Position numbers and translations under genes: made by a program. Source: Candidatus Heimdallarchaeota archaeon (GTDB taxonomy: Archaea > Asgardarchaeota > Heimdallarchaeia > JABLTI01). From it: DNA of 56,867 nucleotides. The notes under the pieces were generated by a model. That model was not told the DNA's origin, did no database searches, and saw nothing but the letters and a program-made list of their open reading frames with translations. Position 1 is the first letter of the stretch, and each line of letters starts with the position of its first letter. Of the stretch, positions 1 to 8,522 are shown in pieces. The stretch covers positions 1 to 56,867 of the forward strand of contig DAOVPS010000001.1 in assembly GCA_030629105.1 (NCBI GenBank). The letters run 5' to 3'.

Positions 1-336
1 ATAAATGATTAACCCTCTACGTTTTGCAAATTTCACTGCTGATTCACTGAATATGTTTGACACAATCATTCCTTTTCTCTCATTCAAATCATTTAAAATT
101 CGTTCAAAACGTATTAGACGATCTACACCTACAGCTCGTTTCCAATCAACAATTTTCACAAATAATTGATTTATTTCTAAATCTGAATTTGTTTTCAATA
201 ACATCTCAAAATGGTGTTTTTTTCCGCTTGTACCGACTACATCAATTTCCCTTTGAATTACGAAATCCATACTTTTGAAAAATGCCTTTGCTAACTCTAG
301 TAAATCTTGTAACTCTTCATCGTTGTTTGGTATCAC
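1..336 (-). CDS. PD-(D/E)xK restriction-endonuclease-like (Mrr-type) domain protein; C-terminus cut off by the window edge
   Basis: Absent from the ORF track because it runs off the window. The reverse frame is open from GTG (336-334) to base 1 (112 codons). GGAGGT lies at 348-353, 11 nt upstream. The translation ...REIDVVGTSGKKHHFEMLL...LFVKIVDWKRAVGVDRLIRFERILNDLNERKGMIVSNIFSESAVKFAKRRGLIIY shows a D...DxK strand pattern plus the trailing helix typical of Mrr_cat-like nucleases. The + strand ORFs 57..278 and 275..502 are low-complexity shadows. Confidence 0.4.
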   Translation of the reverse strand, partial: MIPNNDEELQDLLELAKAFFKSMDFVIQREIDVVGTSGKKHHFEMLLKTNSDLEINQLFVKIVDWKRAVGVDRLIRFERILNDLNERKGMIVSNIFSESAVKFAKRRGLIIY

Positions 337-389
337 CTGTATGAGAGACCTCCTAATTCACCTGCAATATTTCATTACTAACAGTACTA

Positions 390-1487
390 CTATTTTAATT
401 CTTGTTCTTTTACTTTTTCTCTTGAAATACGCGATTTTTCCACAATTTCTTCAAGATTTTGCATGCCTATTTCTCGTTTTTTGTTTTCTATTTCACGAAT
501 AGCTTTTACGAGAAAACTATTGAGTGGTGCTTCTAAATCAATTTCTTGTGCTTTCTTTACTATATACCCATTTATGAAATCAATCTCAGTTTTTCGTCCA
601 GCTTTCAAGTCCCATAAGAGAGAAGATTTTATTGCTCCATGTCTTTTAATGCTCATTCGTTTAATGATAATGCTCAATAGTCCAAATTTTATTCTTGTAA
701 AGAGGTTGTCTTTAGGTCTAGCTTTGTAAAAGAAAGAACGGAGATTTATATTATCTACTTTTTCAAGTGTAATATTGTTTGCTTCGGCAATGTGTATGCC
801 TTCTCTTTTTGTATCACCCATTATTTGGGATAAGATTTTGTGTTTACTGAGTTCACCTACTGTTAAATCAAATAATGCACTTATTGGTGCAATTACAGAG
901 TTTACTATTAATTTACCCCACCTATACCCAATAATATTATCAGTTAAAATAGTTGGTCTCCAAAAATCAAGTAAGGTTTTCATCTCAATTAATCTCTGAT
1001 CATCAGAATTATTGCCAGCTTCAAACCCTAAGATAAAATCACCAGTTTTTGAGGTAATCCTTATGCTACCAGGTTCGGATTTAGTAGCTCCCCAACCAAC
1101 TACCCCTGCAACAATTTGTTCTCGAGGGAGATATTTTGCCATAATGTCTGTATTACCAAAACCGTTTTGTAAACTATAGACGAGACTATTAGGAGTTAAT
1201 ACTGGTTTTATATCCTTCATTACCTTATCAGTATCTAAATTTTTTACAACAACTAAGATATGCTTAAATTTCCGATCGAAATCTTTTACGCTATTCTCAA
1301 TTGGTATTGTAAAAGGTTTCTCAAAACCATCTATTTTCAATCCATTCTTCTTGATTGCATTGTAATGATCGCCTTTTCTATTAACAAAACATACATTCTT
1401 ATTTGCTGTATGAATAATTGCTCCTATTGTTCCTCCAATAGCACCTGCTCCAATAATTAGTACTTCTCCTGTTTGTATCTTCTTCAT
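390..1487 (-). CDS. panE: 2-dehydropantoate 2-reductase (ketopantoate reductase, ApbA/PanE family)
   Basis: N-terminal Rossmann motif VLIIGAGAIGGTIG and an ApbA/PanE-like length and layout. I prefer the second in-frame ATG (1487) because GGGGAG lies about 7 nt upstream; the ORF-track start is 1502. Confidence 0.8.
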   Translation of the reverse strand: MKKIQTGEVLIIGAGAIGGTIGAIIHTANKNVCFVNRKGDHYNAIKKNGLKIDGFEKPFTIPIENSVKDFDRKFKHILVVVKNLDTDKVMKDIKPVLTPNSLVYSLQNGFGNTDIMAKYLPREQIVAGVVGWGATKSEPGSIRITSKTGDFILGFEAGNNSDDQRLIEMKTLLDFWRPTILTDNIIGYRWGKLIVNSVIAPISALFDLTVGELSKHKILSQIMGDTKREGIHIAEANNITLEKVDNINLRSFFYKARPKDNLFTRIKFGLLSIIIKRMSIKRHGAIKSSLLWDLKAGRKTEIDFINGYIVKKAQEIDLEAPLNSFLVKAIREIENKKREIGMQNLEEIVEKSRISREKVKEQELK

Positions 1488-1679
1488 TGATATTCTCCCC
1501 ATGATAAGGATTCAAGATTCGAGTTTTTGTAATAAACAATAGATTATCTATAAAACAGTAAATTTATTTCTTTCGCTAAAAGTACTGAAATCAATCAAAA
1601 TAACATTGTTTCCTTATCAATAGACACAGCAATACTAAAAATTCAAAAGCAATTTAAGACACTATAGAATTAGTTTGTA

Positions 1680-2828
1680 ATGGAAGGTACAAATATGGAT
1701 TTGGATTCCTCAAAAGATATTGAACAAGAAGCTCTTTTTGATAAAAAAATAGGTATTAAAAATATATTAACTGAGGATATAGCACAATTCCATTTGAAAA
1801 TCGCAGGAAGTAAAATCTCTGCAGCGAGAATCGAAGGATCATTTGATAATTATCTTGAATACAGTAAGCTGCTGAAAAACAATTCCTGGGAGAAAGGATT
1901 AAACGTTTCTCTTGACCAAGTCACTCTTTATCCATTTCATCTTCAAATTGCTTATGTACAAACTTTTGAAAAATTGCTGGGAAATGCCCTAAAAGTCTCT
2001 AATAGAGCAAAATATCTACGAACAATTATTTTAGAATTAGAAAGAATTTCCTATCATCTCTCATTCATTGGTGTTTTAGGAAAGGGTGTCTCTTATCCAA
2101 TTCTGTTCTCTAAAGCAATATCATTACGAACAATTATTCTTGAATCTATAACTGATATAACAAATTCTTCCGATAGTAACTCCTACATCAATTTTGGAGG
2201 AGTTTCTAGAGATATTGATATGAAACTAACTAATAGATTACTTTCTACTTTAGAGATTATCAATAAAAATAGTATGAAACTGAGAAAGAAAATTTCCAAA
2301 AACTCCCTACTAAAAGGATTATTGCAAGATGTAGGATTTTTATCTCGAGATTCAGCTAGAAAATTATCTTTAGTAGGACCGATAGCAAGAGCCTCAGGAG
2401 TAACAGTTGATGTCAGAAGAACAGATCCTTATGCAGCTTATGAAACGGTACAATTCAGTGTTCCAGTGTATGATTCTTGTGATCTCTACGGAGAAATAAT
2501 GGTTCGACTTGATGAAATCATTGAATCTATATTTATATTGAAACAACTTCTATCAAACCTACCAGAAGGAAGTTTAAATCAAGAATTTACTCATAATCAG
2601 ATTCCTGCAAATAATGCTGTTATGCGTATTGAAACTCCATCTGGAGAGCTCTTTAGTTTTACAATAAGTAAGAAAGGTACACTTGCTGAAAAACCAGTAA
2701 ATTATAGCATTGTCTCTCCAATTAAATTAAATATTCAAGGAGTTCTTTCCAGACTTTCTGGTGAGTCATATGAAAATGTATTAACTATTTTACTGTTAAT
2801 TGGTGAAGGCTGGAATAGTTTCATTTAA
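1680..2828 (+). CDS. NuoD / group-4 [NiFe]-hydrogenase large-subunit homolog lacking the metal-binding cysteines
   Basis: Blocks RAKYLRTIILELERISYHLSFIG, NFGGVSRDI, VGPIARASGVTVDVRRTDPYAAY, DLYGEIMVRLDEIIESI and ETPSGELFSF match the conserved NuoD/HycE/MbhL core. Where the RxCGxCxxxH and DPCxxC ligand motifs would sit, the sequence reads LYPFHLQIAYVQ and LIGEGWNSFI. The whole protein has a single Cys. Confidence 0.7.
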   Translation: MEGTNMDLDSSKDIEQEALFDKKIGIKNILTEDIAQFHLKIAGSKISAARIEGSFDNYLEYSKLLKNNSWEKGLNVSLDQVTLYPFHLQIAYVQTFEKLLGNALKVSNRAKYLRTIILELERISYHLSFIGVLGKGVSYPILFSKAISLRTIILESITDITNSSDSNSYINFGGVSRDIDMKLTNRLLSTLEIINKNSMKLRKKISKNSLLKGLLQDVGFLSRDSARKLSLVGPIARASGVTVDVRRTDPYAAYETVQFSVPVYDSCDLYGEIMVRLDEIIESIFILKQLLSNLPEGSLNQEFTHNQIPANNAVMRIETPSGELFSFTISKKGTLAEKPVNYSIVSPIKLNIQGVLSRLSGESYENVLTILLLIGEGWNSFI

Positions 2829-2848
2829 GAATTCCAAAAATTAGTGTT

Positions 2849-3883
2849 CTACTCTTTTGCTGGTTGATTTTCAGAAGGCTTATTAGCTAATTTTGTCAGT
2901 TTTTTAATTGATTGAATAAATTTTCTCAAGTTTTTTCGTTCAAATATTAAGAAAATTACAAATTGAAGTGAAATTCCACCTATAATCCAATATACTGAAC
3001 CCAGCTCTCTTCCGGGCTCTTCAAATGAACTAGATACAATATCAATACTTTTCGTAATAACAAGTATTCCTTCCGCCGCATTTGGAAAACTACTTATTTG
3101 TTTCACCTTTGAAATAGTCTTTCCGGAAACCAAAAGACCATCGGTATACCCATAAGAAAGCATAGTTTGGTTTTCGAATTCACCAAAATAGACATACTTT
3201 CCTAGGTAATCAGATAAGATGAATTCTTCATATTGTGTAACATTCGAAAGTAAATTAGTTACATTACGTATTCCCTCAAACGTTGAGATAAGACTATAGT
3301 TTGTAGCTTGATAATTAAATGCTTTAATGGTGAGATTTTCCCCAATTGTAAGATTAGCTTTTGTCCAGAAAAATACTGTAGTATTTATCGGATAATAAGT
3401 TGTGTTTGTTGAAGAAGAGATTTGATAGGTATAACTATTGATTGTTATATTATCTTTTGTTAAAATAAAGTGTTCAGTAGAGTGTTTTTGAATAGTTTGG
3501 TTTTCATTTATCATTAATTCCTCATAGGAGGAATAAGTATAATGCTGCTCTATATCAAATTTTATTTCATCATCTGTTACATTTATCACCTTTATTGAAA
3601 TCCCCGTAATTTCTTCTATTGACCATCTCAAAGCAGTATAATTAACAACTTCCAATGTTTGATTATCATTTTTTTCCGAATATAATCCCGTTATATTTCC
3701 TTCGAAATTAAAATTATTAGCTTCTTCATAAGAGAAGATTTCATCTATGTTAAAGAGATAATGATTTGCAGAAGTAGAGTCATCTTGGAATTTTATACCA
3801 GAAATTGAGCTTGTAAATATAATTAAAATGCAAAATATTACAGATAACAGAGTTTGATGTATTCGTTTGTAATTTTTTTGCAT
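2849..3883 (-). CDS. membrane-anchored surface protein rich in N-glycosylation sequons
   Basis: N-terminal signal/anchor LLSVIFCILIIFTSSISG and C-terminal TM helix VYWIIGGISLQFVIFLIF followed by a basic tail. About 14 N-x-S/T sequons (NIT, NQT, NYT, NVT, NTT, NLT...). No family recognised. Confidence 0.6.
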   Translation of the reverse strand: MQKNYKRIHQTLLSVIFCILIIFTSSISGIKFQDDSTSANHYLFNIDEIFSYEEANNFNFEGNITGLYSEKNDNQTLEVVNYTALRWSIEEITGISIKVINVTDDEIKFDIEQHYTYSSYEELMINENQTIQKHSTEHFILTKDNITINSYTYQISSSTNTTYYPINTTVFFWTKANLTIGENLTIKAFNYQATNYSLISTFEGIRNVTNLLSNVTQYEEFILSDYLGKYVYFGEFENQTMLSYGYTDGLLVSGKTISKVKQISSFPNAAEGILVITKSIDIVSSSFEEPGRELGSVYWIIGGISLQFVIFLIFERKNLRKFIQSIKKLTKLANKPSENQPAKE

Positions 3884-4051
3884 GGCTTATTAACTCTCAC
3901 ATTAGCAAATTCAATTGTTGCGTCAAAAGATTTTTAGCATTTCTCAATTAATCATTTAAATATTAAATATCCTTAGTAATAAAAGGGAAAAACTAGATTA
4001 AATTTCCTTCTATATATAGCAACAAAGGATAACAAATTGGAGAAGTGTTAG

Positions 4052-5107
4052 ATGTTTGGTCCATGGTTTGAAATCGTAATATTCCCAGGATTTGTCTTTA
4101 TAGTCATTCTAGCAATTTTAAGTGAACAAATAAATAGTCGACTTAATTCTCGCTTCTACTTCAAAACAGAAAAAACACCAATGTTTATTCCGATTGTTGA
4201 AAACTTCAAGTTTTACATAAAAGGAGAGGAAGAAAGTACAAGTAGAAATTCTATTCTCCAAGGAATAATACTAGTTCTTATGGTAGCTTTACCTTTATTT
4301 GGTTCCTTACTATTACCAATCAATCTTTGGAGATCATTTGAAAATTTACAAATACCAAACTGGATAGGTGTTTATGGTGAGTATGCCGGTACAAACGAAG
4401 GAATTGTAGGAGTAATCACTTTTGAAGGGGACCTTTTATTTCTATTTGCAATAATACTGTTTTTTGGTTTCCTCACATTTTTTGTTCAATACTTGAATAA
4501 AGAGCATTTCACGAAAGAATCTTTAACAAAGACTTTCACTTTTATGATTTTTGACATTCCATTATTGTTTGTTTTAATTGGTCCAATAATCGCTAAGCGA
4601 TCTTTAAGTTTAACAATTCTTGCAGAGGATATTCGTAGGATTGTAAATTCCAATTTAACTTTTGGATTAGTATTTTTACTTCCAATAGCTGTTGTTGTTT
4701 CGTTGTTTTGTCTAGCAATGAAATTTGATCAACCTTATTTTGATCGAATTAATACTGATAGCATTATTAGAAGTAATGCTCCTACTCCTAAGAATTGGAA
4801 ATTAAATTTTTGGAATCTCTCCATGAGACTAATGGAAGTTGTCATCGCAGGCTTAATTGTCTCTGTCTTTCTAGGAGGTTCCTATTTACCAATACCTATC
4901 CATGGAAATTATCAGATATTAGCCAACACTGCGAATTTTGTTTTCAAGTGTCTTGCTGTATTGATGATTACAACAATAATTAGAGCATTAAGACCCCGTA
5001 TGAAAGCAAATCAAACATTCAATTTTGCTTTGAAAATACTTACACCTCTTAGCTTTCTTTCGATTCTTCTAACTGGGGGTTATATTGGTTTAGTTGGTAT
5101 AAATTGA
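4052..5107 (+). CDS. divergent NuoH/HycD/MbhM-like polytopic membrane subunit
   Basis: About 8 hydrophobic helices. The C-terminal block IIRALRPRMKANQTFNFALKILTPLSFLSILL parallels the NuoH signature (R.SLPR.RYDQ...WK.LLPL). MKFDQPYFD and FLGGSY parallel the PFD..EAE.EL and FFGGW blocks, but the acidic residues are replaced. Confidence 0.5.
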   Translation: MFGPWFEIVIFPGFVFIVILAILSEQINSRLNSRFYFKTEKTPMFIPIVENFKFYIKGEEESTSRNSILQGIILVLMVALPLFGSLLLPINLWRSFENLQIPNWIGVYGEYAGTNEGIVGVITFEGDLLFLFAIILFFGFLTFFVQYLNKEHFTKESLTKTFTFMIFDIPLLFVLIGPIIAKRSLSLTILAEDIRRIVNSNLTFGLVFLLPIAVVVSLFCLAMKFDQPYFDRINTDSIIRSNAPTPKNWKLNFWNLSMRLMEVVIAGLIVSVFLGGSYLPIPIHGNYQILANTANFVFKCLAVLMITTIIRALRPRMKANQTFNFALKILTPLSFLSILLTGGYIGLVGIN

Positions 5108-5162
5108 ACTGAGCAAATCATTACGTTAATAAAACATGATGCAATAATCCTTCTTGTATTAG

Positions 5163-5792
5163 GTGAAGTTTGCCATGGTAAGCGACTCATTTCAATTAGC
5201 AATGTTCATTATTTCACCAATCATACTTATTCTAGATGCCATTGTAATTACAACAGGCATTTTTAGAAAGCTAATCAGAAAAGAAAAAGAAGATGTTGAA
5301 GAACGTGATAGACTTTTCTCTATGGTAGATATTATGGAGAAAATTGGCATCGGACTTGGCATTCTTACTTTAATTCTTGCAGGATTTCTTGCAGTTAACA
5401 TTCCACAAGCTGGTGCATGGTTAGGTTGGTTTAATCCAATTACAATTATTTTTCTAATTATTATTGGTTGTTTATTAGCACTAAGAACATTAGATGATAC
5501 ACCTGTAACAGCTCTTATTGCTATTCTCGCAGGTTTATTAGGTGCAGCAGTTTTCGCAGCGGTTTTCGGTGATGCTGGTTATGGCAAGTGGATTTATTTT
5601 GCAGTGTTCTTGGCAGTTGACATAATTGTCTTTATGTTAGTACGAATGTTAACAAAACAAATGGCTATGATTGGAAGAATTCTGAATTGGTTCCCTGTAG
5701 CAATTATTGTAGTATTTGCTTGTTTAGGTTGGGGAATATTTCAAATAGTTTTGTTAGTTATTCATGGTGTAAATCTGATAATACTGCCATAA
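5163..5792 (+). CDS. polytopic membrane protein of unknown function
   Basis: 209-aa ORF with a GTG start and 5-6 hydrophobic helices. Same strand as the NuoH-like gene, 55 nt downstream of it, and followed by a hairpin plus T10 terminator. Confidence 0.55.
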   Translation: MKFAMVSDSFQLAMFIISPIILILDAIVITTGIFRKLIRKEKEDVEERDRLFSMVDIMEKIGIGLGILTLILAGFLAVNIPQAGAWLGWFNPITIIFLIIIGCLLALRTLDDTPVTALIAILAGLLGAAVFAAVFGDAGYGKWIYFAVFLAVDIIVFMLVRMLTKQMAMIGRILNWFPVAIIVVFACLGWGIFQIVLLVIHGVNLIILP

Positions 5793-5801
5793 ATAACGAT
5801 G

Positions 5802-5830
5802 GATCGAGTTTCTCGATCAATTTTTTTTTT
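5802..5830 (+). terminator. hairpin plus oligo-T terminator
   Basis: GATCGAG-ttt-CTCGATC is a perfect 7-bp stem (5802-5818), followed by aa and T10 (5821-5830), 10 nt after the stop at 5792. Confidence 0.6.
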
Positions 5831-5918
5831 CTTATAAAATTATATCTTAAGCTGTTGTGATTATAAAAAAAAAAGAAAAAAAATGGAAAAAGAAAATGAA
5901 ATATTAGATTAAAAATTT

Positions 5919-7397
5919 CTAATAATCATCTTCGTCGTCGTCGTCATCTTCTTCTAAAGCATCCATTTCAGCAATCTCTTCAGCAATTTCGTCGCCTGCT
6001 CCACCATATTCTTCTTCTAGTGCTAGTTCGACTTCGTCAGTTTCTTCAATTTCCTCTGGTTCTTCAAAGAGATCTTCAGGAATTTCCTCAACTAATTCAG
6101 ATGCGTCAGTTTTCAAGGCAATCATGAATCTACGAGCTAATAAATCATAAAACTTAGTTAGTTCACCGAGATCATTGGCTTCGTAAAATTCACCTCTACC
6201 TATTTCGGATAATCTTTTCAATAATCGGTTATCAGCTTCTCCTAAGCCTATAGTATAAAGTACTGTATTTGGATAATCTCGTCCGCATTTTCGAGCGATT
6301 GGTACAGGGTTTATGCCTAAACCATTGCCTTTGTTTGGTTGTCCATCTGTTAAGAGAACAATCATTGCTGGATTCATTTTCCCAGTTATAGAATTTGGCT
6401 CAAATTTTGCGGTCATTTCGTAAGCTTGTTGTAATGCCCCACTCATAAAAGTAAGACCACCACCTGTTGAACATCTTTTTGAAACATAATCTGCAATTAT
6501 TTCTAAACCAGCAGATTTTGCTTGTCCAGTACATGCAATGACTGGTGTTGGGCTCCCTGTTCCATAGTCTACTTCGAATACATCTACGTCACCAGCAAAG
6601 CTAATTATGGAGAGCTGTTCTCCCCATCCTCGAGATACTTTCTGAGATAAGAAAAGTAATGTAGCTAAAGCTGCACCTTTAATTCGTGAAACTTTCTTCT
6701 CATCGAATTCATCTAAGAGATTTTCTAAGTCTTTTCCACCCTTTAAGCCACGTCGAAGACCTTCGACTGCTGTCCCTGTTCCTTTTACAACCATATCTTC
6801 TTTACTCATAGAGCCAGATACATCAAGAACTAAAACTGCATTAAATGACATTTCGCTTGCAGGAACCAATTGTACTTCAATTTCTTTTCCAGAAGGATCG
6901 ATAATTCCTACTTCATCACCTTCAATTTCTGGATCTGATTCTAAGAAGCTTATTTTGACATGGCCACAACCTGCATCAGGCCAATCGACTTGTAAATTTC
7001 TGTAAATTGGGCGATTTCTGATAACCGAAGTCATCTCTTCGAAGTTTTCTAGAATATAAGAAATACATTCTTCAACTGGTTGACCTTCTAAAGGTTCAAT
7101 TCCAAATTTTACTCGAGTAATGGGCTCTCTTTTCAAATGAGCTTTTCTAACCTTTACTCGATCACCATCACTGATATTGGCAGAATCTAATATTCCGTTG
7201 TCTACTGCAATGGTTTCAATCTCAACTTCATCGTTCTCCAATACCTGTACTGCACAGCTATCTTCAAATTCATTGATGAGTTGAATTATATCAAAATCAT
7301 CTACACCGATTCTTTCCATATCACGTTTATTCAGGTAGGATCTTCCATCGATTTCACCTACATTTATGACTGAAATATCAATAATTTTCTCAACCAT
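5919..7397 (-). CDS. CDC48-N (VAT-N)-like domain fused to a von Willebrand A domain, with an acidic tail
   Basis: The N-terminus SYLNKRDMERIGVDDFDIIQL...ISDGDRVKVRKA resembles the CDC48/VAT N-terminal double-psi barrel. RPIYRNLQVDW...VKISFLESDP then resembles the second N-subdomain. The vWA MIDAS DxSxS motif is in LVLDVSGSMSKED, and LLTDGQPN is also present. The last ~60 aa are Asp/Glu-rich, ending DDDDDEDDY. Confidence 0.75.
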   Translation of the reverse strand: MVEKIIDISVINVGEIDGRSYLNKRDMERIGVDDFDIIQLINEFEDSCAVQVLENDEVEIETIAVDNGILDSANISDGDRVKVRKAHLKREPITRVKFGIEPLEGQPVEECISYILENFEEMTSVIRNRPIYRNLQVDWPDAGCGHVKISFLESDPEIEGDEVGIIDPSGKEIEVQLVPASEMSFNAVLVLDVSGSMSKEDMVVKGTGTAVEGLRRGLKGGKDLENLLDEFDEKKVSRIKGAALATLLFLSQKVSRGWGEQLSIISFAGDVDVFEVDYGTGSPTPVIACTGQAKSAGLEIIADYVSKRCSTGGGLTFMSGALQQAYEMTAKFEPNSITGKMNPAMIVLLTDGQPNKGNGLGINPVPIARKCGRDYPNTVLYTIGLGEADNRLLKRLSEIGRGEFYEANDLGELTKFYDLLARRFMIALKTDASELVEEIPEDLFEEPEEIEETDEVELALEEEYGGAGDEIAEEIAEMDALEEDDDDDEDDY

Positions 7398-7584
7398 TTT
7401 ACATCATCACTGTTTTTTTGTGTAATTTTTATATATGATTACATACATTTACATACTTTACCTTTTAAAATGTTTGCATTTGGGGATAACGCAGAAATTA
7501 GAAACAAGATTAATTAACAAAAAATAGCAAGCGGTATGAATAGGAAGAAAAAATAAAGAAAAAGGAAAAATCTAGACAAAGAAA

Positions 7585-8121
7585 TCAATCATCAAAGGTA
7601 AAATCAAAGAATTTCTCTGCCTGAATTCCACCTGACTGATCTTCATAATATATACGTAGGGTGTATTCAAAAAACGGTGCAAATATGAATAATCCTTCAC
7701 CAGTTTTCCCTTCAGGAGGGAGGGGGTCATAAAGTGGATTGGAGGTGAAATTAAATGTTACCGTGATTTCTTGACTTTTATGGAATGTCATCCAATAATC
7801 CGAACCATTTCTTTGGGCAAATGGAGTATTTTCTCCATATGATGCATCATCTCTAATTATAGTGATTTCTTTCAGAATTCCTATATCATAATCGCAAATA
7901 ATCCTAAAGGATAGATGAACATAATCAGTAGTATTTCCTCTAATGGAGTTGTCTTTTATGGTCATATTAAGATCTTGACGATATAACGGAATTGTTGCAG
8001 CCATTATAATAAAAAATACTGATAAGACTGATGCAGCGACAATTAACCCAATCATTAAGGGTGTCATGGCTTTTCTATTTTTTAAGATACTTGAGAGCTT
8101 CATTGATTCAACACTATCCAT
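7585..8121 (-). CDS. N-terminally anchored exported protein of unknown function
   Basis: 178-aa ORF with one N-terminal TM helix (MTPLMIGLIVAASVLSVFFIIMAA), then a beta-rich ectodomain with N-x-S/T sites. Same strand as the vWA gene and upstream of it. Confidence 0.55.
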   Translation of the reverse strand: MDSVESMKLSSILKNRKAMTPLMIGLIVAASVLSVFFIIMAATIPLYRQDLNMTIKDNSIRGNTTDYVHLSFRIICDYDIGILKEITIIRDDASYGENTPFAQRNGSDYWMTFHKSQEITVTFNFTSNPLYDPLPPEGKTGEGLFIFAPFFEYTLRIYYEDQSGGIQAEKFFDFTFDD

Positions 8122-8522
8122 CTTGATTGGTTCTTGGGCGAATTATTCACCGAACCATTTCCAAACACTTTCTGATTGTTAATATTCCTTTAAAGTTATT
8201 TGGATAATTAATAATTTTTCCTTTCAAATGTTAATTGAAATCAGTTTTACTGTTAAAAAATGATTTTTAAAGAATTTGGTCAATTCTTTTTTATTATTAT
8301 AAAATGAGTTTTTATCACTTTTGCACTAATAATTGAATTTATTATAAGATTGATACAATATAATATCAATAAAACACACCCCTTTCAAAAATGAAAAAAA
8401 TTGATATTTGTCGAAGACTAGTACGTATCGAAAACTTAAATAGGCAATTTTTGTAGGGATATGATAAGTTTACTATGAATAAATATAAATCAAGGAAATA
8501 AAATCAATCGGAGATTCTATCA

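Noticed and set aside
57-502. ORF-track + strand ORFs 57..278 and 275..502
   Set aside because: Their translations are low-complexity and Leu/Phe/Ser-rich. They overlap better-supported reverse-strand genes (the partial nuclease-like gene and the panE 3' end). They are typical shadow ORFs.
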